Shown in pieces: positions 48,454 through 61,752 of a stretch of 64,000 nucleotides of DNA (its first letter is position 1; the number at the start of each line of letters is the position of its first letter). Position numbers and translations under genes: made by a program. The stretch comes from Selaginella moellendorffii (lineage: Eukaryota > Plantae > Lycopodiophyta), in NCBI RefSeq assembly GCF_000143415.4, contig NW_003314378.1, positions 7,847 through 71,846 on the forward strand, written 5' to 3'. The notes beneath the pieces are model-generated. The model saw only the letters and a program-made list of their open reading frames with translations, was not told where the DNA came from and did not search any database.

Positions 48454-51400
48454 ATATGGTGGAGATCTTAGCCCATTCTTCGTCCCAGTGCAAATTGGTA
48501 TTTCCTCTTGTAGGATGGATGCTTTGGTTGACTCCAGTTTTGAAAGCAACATTATCTCTCTCGAAGCTGCCCTTTTAGCACAGCTACAGATCATTGAGAG
48601 CTCCTCCATCGTACTCAAGACCTTCGCCAACCACACCATAACTCTAGTAGGCATTTGCTATGGTGTCAAGGTGTTAGTGCAGGGTGTTGTTTCTGAGGTA
48701 GATTTCCTCATGGTTGACTACCAACGTCTTGGAACATCCTCTTTGAAGGACTCTATCATCCTTGGCCGCTCATGGCAAGTCACATCCCATTGCACCATTG
48801 ACAGCATGCAAGGCAAGATGGAAATTAGCAATGGAACCCATAGTGCCACCTTTCTCAACAACCAATGGCAGAGCTCTTTCTTTACAAACCCAGCAGGCTC
48901 AGACTAAAGTGGTCTCCACACCACACTTTCCTCCTGAGCTCACAGAGGCTTTTCCCAAGTTGGAGGTGGAGTCGACCATCTATATGACGGATGCTTTCTC
49001 ATGCAATGTGATCGACATTGTTGGAGGTGAGTCAAATAGCTTGAGATGTGTCTAGAGGCTCGGCCTGACTCTCAAATAAAGAGAGTGAGGCTGAGAGATG
49101 TCTTTATTTGATGGCGGGGCTTATAGAGTACAGGCCCCCATATCCAGCTCTTCAGAGTGTTTCTCAATAGAGGAAGGGCTCCTTGATTCGTTTCTTGCAT
49201 AGGACCAACTCTCTCTTATGGAGCTTGACAACACAGTCACTCCAGACTAGGTCCATCTTTCGCAGGACGCAGCCGAAGTCAATCCTCCTCAGCAACTATC
49301 TGAGGTGTCACACAGCCAGCATCTTCCTACAAAAATCACGGTAGCTGACGACTCCAAGTGTATTTTGTCATGCCGTTTGCTGAAGATGGAAGAAGACATC
49401 CAGACACACAACTGGCAGAAAGAATCAAGCCAATCAAACGTGCTGCATGTGAGTTATAGCTCTTTGAGTTCAAAATTTCCTACTGTGGAGCCCCTGGTAC
49501 TCCAACCACCAGAACAACAACTCCCTTTCGAAATTTACATCAAGATGGATATAAAGGCTTTTGGAATATGCCTTTGCCAATGTTCACAGCCTGGCAAGCC
49601 ACCGCATGCAACATACTATGCCTCACATTCAAGGAGGCTGAGAAAAAGTACATGGATGCAGAAAAAGAAGCAATGGCTGTTGTTTGCACCTTGGAGCGAT
49701 TTCGTCACTTTCTTGCAGGAGCCTGTATCCATTTCCATGTCTCTTTTAAGGTTCTAACCTTTCTTTTACAGCGACTGGTTCACAGTCCTCGTACTTTATC
49801 TTGGATTGTGACCATTCAATAGTTCCAGCCAACTTTTCACATGCAGCATCTTCTCCAACGGTTGTAAGTCAAGCACGTGAAGAGCAGCAGTTATTATCCT
49901 GAGTGCAATAGCCAGGCGGAGTCCAGCAACAAGATATTGAAGACAGTCATCTCAAAGCTTATGGAAGATCACCCGAGGCGTTGGCACGAGCACTTGGTTA
50001 CAACATTGTGGGCCTTTCAGATGTCCTTCAAGACATCCATCTCCGTGACCCCATTCTCCCTTGTCTATGGGACAAATGCCGTGCTTCCAGTGGAGATCCA
50101 GGTGCCATCGCTCTCACTTTCACTTCGATATGCAGTAGCGATGGAGCTTAGCGATGAGGACAAGCTTCATGCACGTGACTTATAGGTTCTTGCCTTGGAA
50201 GAATAGCGACGATCCATGATTGAACATCTCTTTCAAGGCAAGTAGAAGATCAAGTCCATCATTGGTCACCGGTGGTCTGCCAAACCATTCGAGGATGGCA
50301 ATCTTGTTTTACTCAAGGAGTTCACGCCACTTTCAAAGTTTTGCCCTAGCTAGACTGGCCTTTACTTTGTCCAGCGACACATTAGAGGTGGAGCATATGT
50401 GCTAGTTGATGTTGATGGATGTGAACTCCCACACGCTCATAACTACTCTCATCTCAAACGCTTCATTCAAGGAGGCATTCCTCTTCTCTTCTTTTTCTTT
50501 TTCTTTTTCTTCCTTTCTTTCACTTTACTTTCATGGCTCTTTTTCCTTACTTTCAGGGGGTGTTTCTCCATTGGACCATGGCCCATGCCTTGGATTTTGT
50601 GCTCAGGCTGCATTGCCATTTGTATGGAGGTTTCTCACTTGGCTCGGTCTATGTTCCAAGTTCTTTGGCCCTTCCTTTACCATTACTACACCCCACACAT
50701 TCCCCTCACTCATTTCATATCATCTACACTCATAGTTCCATCACCAATCACTTTTAGCAGCATTGCCCGCACTTATCTCTAGATGCCCATCTTGCATATT
50801 TCATTCTTTTACCATCATTCACATCTCTGCTTGAGGTCACATTTACACCATACCACGGGCACACATACATGCACCAGCAACGAAAGACACCACCTCATTT
50901 GGACGTGCCATTTCCGAAAAATTCTTACAACCATTTGCCAATGACGCACTAGCTTTTCTGGAGCGACTTTCTTCCAACCGGGTGAGCCTGTTCACTCAAG
51001 GCACCTTTAGGCGGATCTTTAGGCGAGGCCACAAAAGCTGAAGCCACTTTCTTTTGCTCCAGCACTCAGTGGACACATGCCACCTCTCTTTACCAACAAC
51101 CCAGCGACTATGCCATCCTTTTCAGCTACTGACTTCTTCAGTCCGACACATTAGACTGGCCATCTTCTCAGAGTACCACCACCATCTCGGCACTCCACCA
51201 TATCACTCCACCATATTGGTGCTGGAGCAGGTGCAAGAGTAGGAGCGAGAACAAGTGGTTACCGGTTACAGGTACCTGGCTACTAGTTACCGGTTATCAG
51301 TTACTAGCTACTCCGAAAGGTTAGCGCTTACTCTACAGGCCAACGGTTATCAATGGCCACCTTCTTAGGGTGCTACCACCATCTCGGCGCTCCACCATAC

Positions 51401-52044
51401 CACTCCATCTTTCATCATTTCCACACTTACCACCCTTGGGCAACGCATCCCCTCTTCTACCTCTCTTTCTTTCTGGATTTCAGTTAATCCTTAGAGCATA
51501 CCAAAAGTCATCAAGAAGCTGCATTTGCATATTACACTTTCCTTAGCCGAAATCTAGGTATGGGTTAAGTTCTTTGGGTGCTCACACTCTTTTTCCCCTA
51601 TTTTTCTCCTCTTTTCACACTTTTTCTGCACTTTTTTTTAACTTCAGGGTTTAGTTTGACTACAGGGTTTCCCATCGGGTTTTCCTCCCTCCAAACTTCA
51701 CACCTACCTCTTTTCTTTCTTTTTCCACTTTATTTTCTAGAGTTTTTACTATTTCACGCAGTTACCAACACTTGGCATCAGTAGCAGAGGTACACTCTAC
51801 ACTCTTTAGTGGGTTGTCGTGCATCTGGAGCCAGTGCAATCCACCGTGGTCACATGTTAGGGCATGGCCATTGAGAGAGTGAGAGAGAGAGAGGGAATAT
51901 TCTGGTCCTCAAAATATTCCCCATCTTCCTTGTATAAAACCCTTGCCTCACAAGGGCAAGGGGAGGGGGGGGGGGCATTTGCAAAGAGCGTTGAAGCATT
52001 TTTTGTGTTTAAGTGAGTGTTGGGGGGGATTCCTTCCCCCAATA

Positions 52045-54481
52045 GTGAAAGAGGTGACAAAGGAGGAGAATCTAGCTATCTCTGCTTATGTGACTGGGCT
52101 CAAGCTAGGGATCTAACACAAGGTGGCCAAGAGATGCCATTCTAAGTGCAATGATGTGTATGGAGATTGAGAAGAATTTGATGCAAGAGCTAGGCATTTC
52201 TAGTGTGGCAAAGATGCTAGGGTGGCAGTGTATGCCCTCTCCAGGACACAGCCTACTTTGACACCATCACCAGCACCAGCAGCAAATTCTTCTATTCCCA
52301 TTATCGACTTGGTCACCTTAGAGCTTCAACAATACAAGGCTTTGTTACTACAGCAGCAACAAAACTTCATACTCCAGCAACAGCAGCAAGAGTGGCTTCT
52401 AGAGGAACTCCATGCTTTCAGAATATAGGCTTCTTGCAAGCCACCCCATTATAGCTCACACTGTGATTCCTGGACTCACAATGACGATCATTGCTAGAAG
52501 CTACATCCAGAGCAGTATCCTAGGAAGCAACAATAAGCTATGATACAGCCATTGGCTGACAACTCAAACCTCCAGGCAAATGGTTATTAGGCGGTGCTTC
52601 CTGCTGTTTCTCCTCAACCGTGAAGGAATGTGCCCAATGATTTGCAACAGAGTGCTCCTCATTTTCAGGACACCAACACTGTTGGCACACTTGTTGGAGT
52701 AGATTCAGGCACTTCAGCTCCAAGTTTCTCTCAAAAACTTGCTCTAGTGCATTCTAGGCTTGGCTGACCAATTGGACCAGTTCTCTAGACTTCAACCCAT
52801 GCTTTTCTCACACCATTTTCGGGACAGTGATTGACGGACTGCTCTTGGACTCTGATTTTGGGAGAAACATAATTTCTTTGCATTTTATGCATCAATTGGG
52901 CCTAGAGATTTCATCCACTACAGCAATAATTCTCAAGACATTCACTGACCACACAGTTTTCCTAGTGGGTATTTGCAGAGGTGTACACACTTCAGTCCAA
53001 GGTGTGGATGCTATGTTTTATTTCTTGGTGGTTGATTATGGGGCTACTGGAGCTTCACACAATGGAAACCGTGTCATCCTTTGCTAGTCTTGGCATGAAG
53101 CAGTGGACTGCAAAACATGTTGGCACTTGGGCATTACAACAATTTCAGATGGCAAGACAAGCAACTCTTCTCAATGAGCATGTATGGGTGCCGCAGGGTT
53201 AGGGCTGGAGCCAGGCTTGGTGAGCATAGTTGGAGGCACAGAAATATGATGATTTACCTGTGGTTTTCCCAGAGCTTCTTTATGACAAGAGCTTGTCCGA
53301 GTTGGAAGTTTATGATTGCCTAGGGCCAAAGCATTCTTGGAGAGATAAGGACTCCATATCAGAGCCTCCAGGTCCATCACACATGCAACTGGATGCTCCT
53401 TTGTCACAGTCCTTCTAATGCACAATTGCTGAAGACTATGGTGGTGGAATGCAACAACATTGATTTCTTTCACACTAAGTGGACGACATCGGCATGGGAC
53501 TTCTCCCATATATATTCATCTATTCAGAATGTATTTGGGACCAGCAAGTCACAAGATATGGCAAAGATTCAGGAGACTCCCCAAATGCCCACTGCAAAGG
53601 ATTTGGAGACAGCAACTGATTCAGGCATGCATTTGCTTCCACAGCCAGTAGAGGAGCTTCAGAGTACTCATGCTAAGGTTATTTCACCCCTAGAGCAGCC
53701 AGAGCATAGGGAAATTGTGGAGGAAAGCATTGTGGAGTTTCTTGTGGACACATCTCCTTTGTTGGACAGTTCTCTGGACAGTATGACCTCTTTATTTGAG
53801 GTTGAGCTTGTATCTGACTTGGTGGAGGAGGATGTTACAGAAAACCAGGCCAAGTGCACACTTTCTCTTCAAGACAAAGATTTTCTCTTATTGCTGGCAT
53901 TTGGTGCTACAGCAGAGTTTTAACTAGAGTCTTTCTTTAGCCAACTTTGGAGGTGATGTATCCACCCCACTATGTTCTCTTGTGAACTAATGAGTGACTT
54001 TCAGGTACCTTTCTGGGCTCCATGTACTTTATCATGGATGCTTGACATGAGTTTTATTCCATCCTAAATGGCGAGCTCTCCTTCTATATTTCTGGCACAA
54101 GGCTTTTACAATAACATTTAGGAGACTCCTCCAGTTACTCTACATCCATTACCAAGAAGTTTGTATACTGCATGAGAGTTTTAAATTTGCAAATCCCGAG
54201 ATTCTACAAGGTGGCATTTGCAAAATTCCAGCATGTTTTTCCACTTCGACTTGGAGCAGTGACTCTTTTCAGCCACACTCAGCTCTGGGCCATTGCCATC
54301 CACACCTGTAGCAGTCAATCAGAGCACCTCATTCTTTAGATAGCTTCACAGCAATGAAAGTGGAGGACACGAGCATTCTACGGCTTTTTCACGACTTCAG
54401 TGCCTCGTCAGCAGGACTCCTGGACACCAGAGATTCCGCTGGCACTCTTGGACACAGCATAATAGCGGGGGGGGGGGGGGG
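52045..54481 (+). mobile_element. Element E, 3' part (copy 2)
   Basis: Same as 2616-5055. Confidence 0.6.
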
Positions 54482-57073
54482 TATGACTTCCTCAGCTTCG
54501 CCTAGAGAAATTATGACCCATGCACAAGTCTACATGTGATGAACCTGGGATCTGGAAGAGCAACAAAGAAAACAAAGTGAAAGAACAAAGAAAAGAAAAG
54601 AGCAAGGAGAATGAAAAAGAAGTCGCCACAAATGGAAGTGGTGATGTAGCAAGGCCTCGCATGATGAAGGTGTATGACAATGTCTCTAGAGGCCTGAGAA
54701 GGCTGGAATCTCTAATGTGTCCCATGCTAGAGTTGGCTGAGCCAAGTTGTCGTGGATGTCGAAGTCCGGAATGCATATTGTTGTCCTAAAAGCCATGATG
54801 ATGTTGCACCTGAGTAGCCATGAATGATAGAGGAAGGCACTGATGACAAGCTGGGGTCACCTTGGATTGCCCATAGAGATCTGGGAGTTGTACAAAGTGG
54901 TGTTGTCTCCGAAAGCTGCACCAGAAGCCGAGTAGAAAGCTTGGCAATCTCAATTGTCTGGAAGCTCAAGTTTCTTCAGGTTTTGCCATGATTATTCTAC
55001 TCCATCTTTACATCACTTCCATCACACTTTCCCTCCCATCCTTTCCACTTTTCATAATCATTGTTTACATTTCTATTCATTTCCTACACCATTGCCTGTT
55101 CTTTTCACATTACCTCTTTCATCTTTCCACTTGGTACCACGGCTTAGCTAGGCATATTTCAGTGTTTTACAGGCACAGAGTATTCATATAGATGGCCTCC
55201 ATCATCGAGTAGAGTTTCAGTAGGAGAGACATAGTCATCTCCAACTTATAGTAGCAACCTTCTTGAACATTACAATTTTGACACATATAGCAGTGGAAGT
55301 GCTCGTCTTGCTTAGACATTTTTGCCATCCACGGAGAATTGTAGGCAAAGCACTCGGCATTAAACAACCATGAGATGTAGTGTGGTGCCATTAGAGGTGC
55401 CCAAGTAAGATCTTGCGTAGATGGTGCTTCAAGATTGGAGTTGATGGCTTATAGTGGTGTGAGGACAAGATCACTCCACCCAATCAAAGGTGCATTTGAT
55501 CCAATAGGTTGTGGTGATGGCTTTTACTCTTGTGCAGCCCTAGGTGGCGTTTGAGCTACTATACATTGCTTCAGAGTTGAGCTTGGAGTGTTGGCACATC
55601 TTGGCGAAGGTGTAAACATAGGCATAGAGTGAGTGAGAGGGAAAGAGTGAGAGAGAAAAAACAAAGCTCCCTAGCTACCTCTAATTTACCTAGGTTGCCT
55701 TGCCTTAATACATTAGTCCTCTTGCCTTTGCTTGCTTTTGTATGTAAATGTATTTTTTCCTTGTTAGCATAGTAACCTTTGTTCATTAATCCTTATGGTT
55801 TGCTAACAGAGATCAAAGAATGGGGCAAGAAAAATGTAGATATTGCTCTTAGTGTGTCTGCCCTTCTTTTCTTTTCTTCTAAATTTTGTATTGCCTGGAA
55901 AAAATTTTATAGGCTATACCAACAAGATTTTGAGGGAAGGCCTACTCTAGAAAAAGGAATATCTATCTAATATATCTTTTGATTTCTTTCCTTGAAACTT
56001 TTCTATAAAAAAAAAACACTCAGATATATAAGAGTTTTTCTAGCATAAAGACAAAGCTTTCTCAGGGGACATGTATTTTTCCTCTGTTCTAGGTAAATAT
56101 ATCCCTGTCTGAGCTTATTAGGAAAGATTACTTTTTTTATCCATAGTTGTATAGGGAGATGGAAATAAGATTTTGAGTGATTTTAATATCCCTTCTATCC
56201 ATTTTGAAAGCCAATTTTACAGGATCCCATAATTAAAGAACCAATTTACTTTTTCATGATTTTACAAAGTTTGATATCACTTTATAAAATTTTTTTAGAC
56301 CCCTATCCTTCATTCAGTTGTCCACCTTATTTGTGCACTTAGGTAGCTCATCACAATTAATCCTTGCAAGGGCTTCATCCACGAGCTTATCCATAGTTTT
56401 GTACCCTAAGATATAAACAATATTTATGTTTCTATTTTTATGGAGCGTGGACCATACTTGAGTTCACGAGCTGAAGAGTTGAACTCAATTTTTAATTGTA
56501 ATTTAGTACAAACATTATAAACTTTAAAATTTTAAAGTTATGGTGAACTTAATAATTTCATAACTCTCTATATATTATATAGATAAAAATGTTCTAAAGG
56601 ACACTTCTTGTTCTAATAATTTAAATATTTACTACATGCAATAATAGAGATGTTAGTTAGAACATAAAATAAAATGTTTGCAAAAAGAGTATTCTTGTCC
56701 TTTCTTTAAATTTGAACTCTGTGCTTTCTAGCTAGTAAATGTCAGGTTCGTCAAAATTTTAAAATTATTAAATTTGAATTAAGATTCTATATAAGGCCAT
56801 ATAACCATTTGAAAGGAAAAAAAACAACTATGATGGTACATATGCTCTCATAATGCATTGCAATATCACACAGCCGAAAGACTACCATGAAATATTTTTT
56901 AAGATGGTAAAGACAAAAATGGAAACTGACGAATACTATGGGTAGTATTGCGAAAAGAACCCTCACAAGTATATGAAATGAAAAGTGAAATAATGAAATA
57001 TTTTTATTAATTATATAAGGTATAATTAGTTTATATTATTGATAGAGAATAAACATCAATAGTGCTGGAAAAT

Positions 57074-60000
57074 CTAATTAGCTCCAAAAGTTTTCTGCAA
57101 CTCAGCAATAGTAAGGCTTGCTTGGTGTATATGAATATCCACTTTAGGATCTTGGTCCAAGATGTTGATGAAGATGTAGTACATATGGAGTATATGCCTT
57201 ACCATGTTCTTTGCGTTTCGTGAAGTCTAGATATGTGCAAGAAGGAAAGTCTTGAATGGCAATTGTGTACTCTCCACCTTTTGTTTTGACTATGTACTCT
57301 TTTGCAAGTGCAGTGATGTGCTTTGTGGAGAGAATCTCACACTCAAGTGTTTGAACCAAGTTTATTTTACCTTGCTTATGCTTGGAGACGGTACCAATAA
57401 ATTTAACTGCCTTACCTTTCCTCGCTGGCCTCCTATGCATCTCTGTAGGAACAGTCATGGTTTTATCACTTATGTCTCCAACTCTCCTTTTAAGATTGAA
57501 ACCAGATTTCTCAAGGTTTTCAATCTCATCCGAGGTGAGCGCAACCCCATTAGCAACCGGCCATTCTTTAGGTACTGCATCAAGTTTACTCACTATAGTG
57601 TCTTCAAGCCGCTTTGTATGGTTGACATCAGTGTTGTAGCAATATAACCAACACCATCTTGAAAATCCTGCTTGCTTTCGTTCCCCATGGAAACATGGGG
57701 TTGGAACAGAAGTAGACTTGTCACCACGGATCCAAGCCCAACACTCGTCCTTTGGAAGCATTCCCACACACGTTACATTTGATTTTGCTGGCACTCGACG
57801 GATTGCCCATTGCTTCGGCTCCACGCTATGATAAACAATTTCAACTTGCTGTGATGCACTTTCTTTATCAGCCACTTGAGGTGGCTCAGTTCGGGGGCAA
57901 TATCTTGGAGCAGAATGATACTCAACATCAGGCTTGTGAGAGCTTTTTGCTCGTGCTAACATCTTCACCAGCAAAGGAAAAGCGACGCTTTGAGTGGACG
58001 GTCTTCATATCACTAATAGAAGCTCGAGGAGTGTACTCCATAGATGTGCCATGGACCACTTCCTCCACTGAAGTTGCCACTGTTCGTGCTGGTGGAGTCA
58101 CTTTTTTCTTCATCCGATTGTGTAACATCTTAATCGAAGGTCTTGTGTCCATGTATCTTCCTTCCTCAAATGCCAAGGCTTTTGAAGATTGCTCTACAGC
58201 ACGTATCAAATCTGATAGATATGCTTCATATAGACTCATCTTCCCTTTCCCTACCTCAGAGGAATGCCAGCTCCAATGTTTACTCTTTGAGAGATTCATA
58301 GTTGGGGTGTATGCAAGATCCTCAAGTGGTTGATCCTTATAAAAAGATGATATCAAAAAGCAATAAAAAGAGAGGAAAAAAAGAAAAACCAACCTGAAAA
58401 GAGTGATGTCCCCATTGGAACATTCTGACTTCCCACCACCCCAACTGTAGCACATGTGATTATGGGATGAGATTTGGATATACTGTCACCGTGGATCCTT
58501 GGAACCTTGGGGGATAAATGGGGATAAAATAGCTATTAAGTGCTCTCTCATGAAGCAATTGCCTCTTTTCCAGTTAGCTTAAGGGGAGACAGATAAGGTG
58601 CGCTATAGTTAGTATTAGAGAAAATGGCACGGGTTCAATTCCCATTGATTAGTGGCTACTTAAAAGTATAATATATCCTTGAGCAAGGTATATTCCTACC
58701 CCTAAATTTGAAATCGTACGTATTGGGCATCCATGCGTACGTCCTTCCTCTTGTGTGGAGTATCCACAGATGAAGGTATCCACCGTGGGATTGCGGTACG
58801 GGTGGATGATTAGTTACCTCATATAGAATAACTAGTCTACACAATGGAAGGATTGGTAGATTCAGTGCGAAAATGGAGGTGCTGGTTCCCCTTGGCTCAG
58901 TAGGGATTGTTAGTCAATAGTCAATGAGGACATTGACATCTCTGAAGGGGGGGTGAGTGTAGCATATGTGATCATGGGATGAAATTTGGACATACTATCA
59001 CCGTGCAGTTAATGAGGATATTGACATCTCTGAAGGGGGGGTGAGTGTAGCACATGTGATCATAGGATGAGATTTAGATATACTGTCACCATTTAGTCAA
59101 TAGTCAATGAGGACATTGACATCTTTGAAGGGGGGGTGAGTGTAGCGCATGTGATCATGGGATGAAATTTGGATATACTGTCACCGTATAGTCAATGAGG
59201 ACATTGACATCTTTGAAGGGGGGGTGAGTGTAGCGTATGTGATCATGGGATGAGATTTGGATATACTGTCACCATTTAGTCAATAGTCAATGAGGACATT
59301 GACATCTTTGAAGGGGGGGTGAGTGTAGCGCATGTGATCATGGGATGAGATTTGGATATACTGTCACCATGTAGTCAATGAGGACATTGACATCTTTGAA
59401 GGGGGGGTGAGTGTAGCGCATGTGATCATGGGATAAGATTTGGATATATTGTCACCGTGAATCCTTGGAACCTTGGGGGATAAATAGGGATAAAATAGCC
59501 ACTAAGGGCTCTCTCATCAAACAATTGCCCCTTTTCCAGTTGGCTTAAGGGGAGAGAAATAAAGTGCGTTACACCAACCATGACTCAAGTTGTGGTAAAC
59601 AACTTACGTCAGTATGGCTATCTTCACGCCACCACATTTGGATCTCGTTTGCTTTTGCCTCATGCTCTTCTTCAGAAGGTGTAGCTTGCCATTGTTTGCA
59701 CGACTCCTTAAATGTTAATTGGAAATCTGGCTTGATAAGGTGGCAATGTTGGTTTAGGCTCTGAGCCCAATGAAACTCACAAGTCCTTTCATGACCTTCT
59801 AGGGGTTGACCATTCCCAAAAACTGCTCGGATACCATTCCAATTAGCCCTAGCCCCATCTGCTATGAAACCGCAAAAGTTGGCAGGCTTACCAGTCTACT
59901 TCAATACAATGTTGGAGAGGGACTTCCAAAATATTTCTTGAGCCATCTGGTCTTGTACTTTAAACTTTGTTGTTGCAATTGTCAAGTTACAACGTAGTCT

Positions 60001-60132
60001 GTGAAAAGGGTAATGCTTAAAACCATTTTAAGATAATGAGAAAAAAAACTACCTCAGATCATACACATGAGCTCCCATGGTTGTCCAACCCGCCACCTGC
60101 TCCATATGGTCAAAATGTACCCATGCACAATA
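57074..60132 (-). pseudogene. MULE-like SWIM transposase (copy 2; retains catalytic core, SWIM damaged)
   Basis: AWVHFDHMEQVAGWTTMGAHVYD, short GT-AG intron near 60000-60052, FCGFIADGARANWNGIRAVFG...RTCEFHWAQSL (MULE D and CxxH), ESWLGWWEVRMFQWG split by the TRIM. Confidence 0.8.
58446..59573 (+). mobile_element. TRIM family A, complete copy with six PPT+LTR-start units
   Basis: TG...CA termini, perfect TSD CCAAC (58441-58445, 59574-59578), degenerate PBS, PPT GAAGGGGGGGTGAG. Confidence 0.92.
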
Positions 60133-60320
60133 ATGCTCTATTTCGTTAAAGTGGGATTTATTCAGTAAAATGGGACTAGGTACAAATTTTTAAGTATTTG
60201 AAAATGACGTGAAATTATATGTTTTTTGTCCAGGGGCTAGACATATCTGGGGCATGGTGACTAGCGCGGTGACTTTGTGTCTAGACTGAGTCCATCTGGT
60301 TGTATAATAAATCTCATTGT

Positions 60321-61720
60321 CAAGGTGAACAAGCCGAATCTGAAGCTAAAGAAGAGCGATGGCATGCGCGCACACACTATTTGTTTGTTCATTGAGCGTG
60401 TGGTGAGCTTTCCAAGATGAACATCATTCCTATTAGCCAGACATATAACTTAATGGTAAGAACATTTAGATATTATTCAATGTTATTTTTTTCTAACGAA
60501 TCTAATTGTGAAGGTGTAGCAAGAGGCATTGCTAGTCTGGAGAAGTCATTTAACTCATTTGACCCTTAGTGTATTTTCATGAAACTAAATAACATTCATA
60601 TTATTAAGGAATTTCTCTAGTACCTTTTTTTTACGACATAGAGGCTTGCATTTCTTTCAAAGGTGATTTAGTAAAAGGCCTGAGGGCACATGCCATTCTA
60701 TTTCTCAGACCGGTATTAAGATATACTAGTGCAAAGGGAAAAAAGTATTTGGTGATCAAGTAAATGGCATGAGGGCACACGCCATTATAAGCCTAAGCGC
60801 TAGTGGACACCTCCTTTTTGGTACTCTTAGTGGTACTATCATCCTTCTCCGGGTCAGTTGTTTTGCTTTGGATTGTTGTCTCTGACGTTACTGGGGCGTT
60901 CTCGATAGTTGTTAATGTTGCCGTTTGTTCAGAAAAATGATCACCTGGAGTATAGTACGGGGAGTTTGGAAGACTTATATATTCTACATCTTCACCTATC
61001 TCCTTCTCCGTCTCCTTTTCTGCCTCACTTACAGATTTTGTGCTTGCCATGAGAACGCTCTTCACCCTAAAATATGGAGTTCGTTGTGTTATAAAAGGAA
61101 ACCAACACATGCGCTGCAAGGGAATGATGGTACATAAAGCATGTAAGCCCACAATATGGGTTTATGTGCCATTAATATGGGCCACACGCCATATTATTAG
61201 ATTTATGCACGTGTGATTGGTAAATGCCATCTTTGTTTTACCTCACACACTATATCAGGCCTAATGAACCATATCACATGTGCGCACATGCTATATATAT
61301 GGAGAAGTATTATGCAAGGATAGAAAAATTCAATGCATGATTGTGGAGAGCAATGGCATGAAGCCACATGCTAAATAACATTTTAGAGAAAGAATTAAAA
61401 TAAAAACATGCAAACAGTACTGAGTGGACCAAGACTTAGAAGTGCACAATTGAATGAGGTATTTCTAATAAATATTTCACTCACCTCATATAGGAATGGC
61501 TACCATTCTCAAATGGCGTATCGCCTCATGCCATCACCTCACAATTTATTATAACAATCTGATGAATTCATATTCGGCTTGTTCACCTTGAACTTTAAGT
61601 AAGATTTGCTAGAACAACTAAGAATTTATACTTGTTATTTGTATCATCTCACCTAGGAATGGCGTAAGGCCACATGCCATCATGCCTCCTCTGATTCAAA
61701 TTCGGATTGTTCACCTTGAA
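60321..61720. repeat. Dispersed 22-bp dyad motifs and 19-bp inverted motifs downstream of the Sola-like transposase
   Basis: ATGGCRT-N8-AYGCCAT-type sites at ~60359, 60675, 60764, 61353, 61513 and 61659. CAAGGTGAACAAGCCGAAT at 60321, inverted at 61572 and ~61700. Confidence 0.7.
60793..61050 (-). CDS. Small 85-aa T/E/K-rich ORF of unknown function
   Basis: ATG-initiated ORF (MASTKSVSEAEKE...) in AT-rich context; no recognisable domain. Confidence 0.25.
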   Translation of the reverse strand: MASTKSVSEAEKETEKEIGEDVEYISLPNSPYYTPGDHFSEQTATLTTIENAPVTSETTIQSKTTDPEKDDSTTKSTKKEVSTSA

Positions 61721-61752
61721 ATAAAATACATTAGAAACTTAGTAAAGGAATA

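Larger units (their letters stand above)
43278..52044 (+). mobile_element. Degenerate Ty3/gypsy element D with tRNA-Trp-type PBS; no recognisable RT
   Basis: 5' LTR 43278-44605 (split by element C), PBS TGGTGAACCCG, gag remnants ~45900-47300, protease ALVDSSFESNIIS, RNase H/integrase remnants 49500-50460, 3' LTR 51855-52044, TSD GTGA. Confidence 0.75.
49449..60132 (+). repeat. Segmental duplication copy 2 (paired with 1-10109)
   Basis: Colinear near-identity apart from one inversion, TRIM repeat number and small indels. Confidence 0.95.

Noticed and set aside
58912-59460. Regular repeats resembling a CRISPR array
   Set aside because: No unique spacers; the units are PPT+LTR pieces of a TRIM; eukaryotic context with no cas genes.
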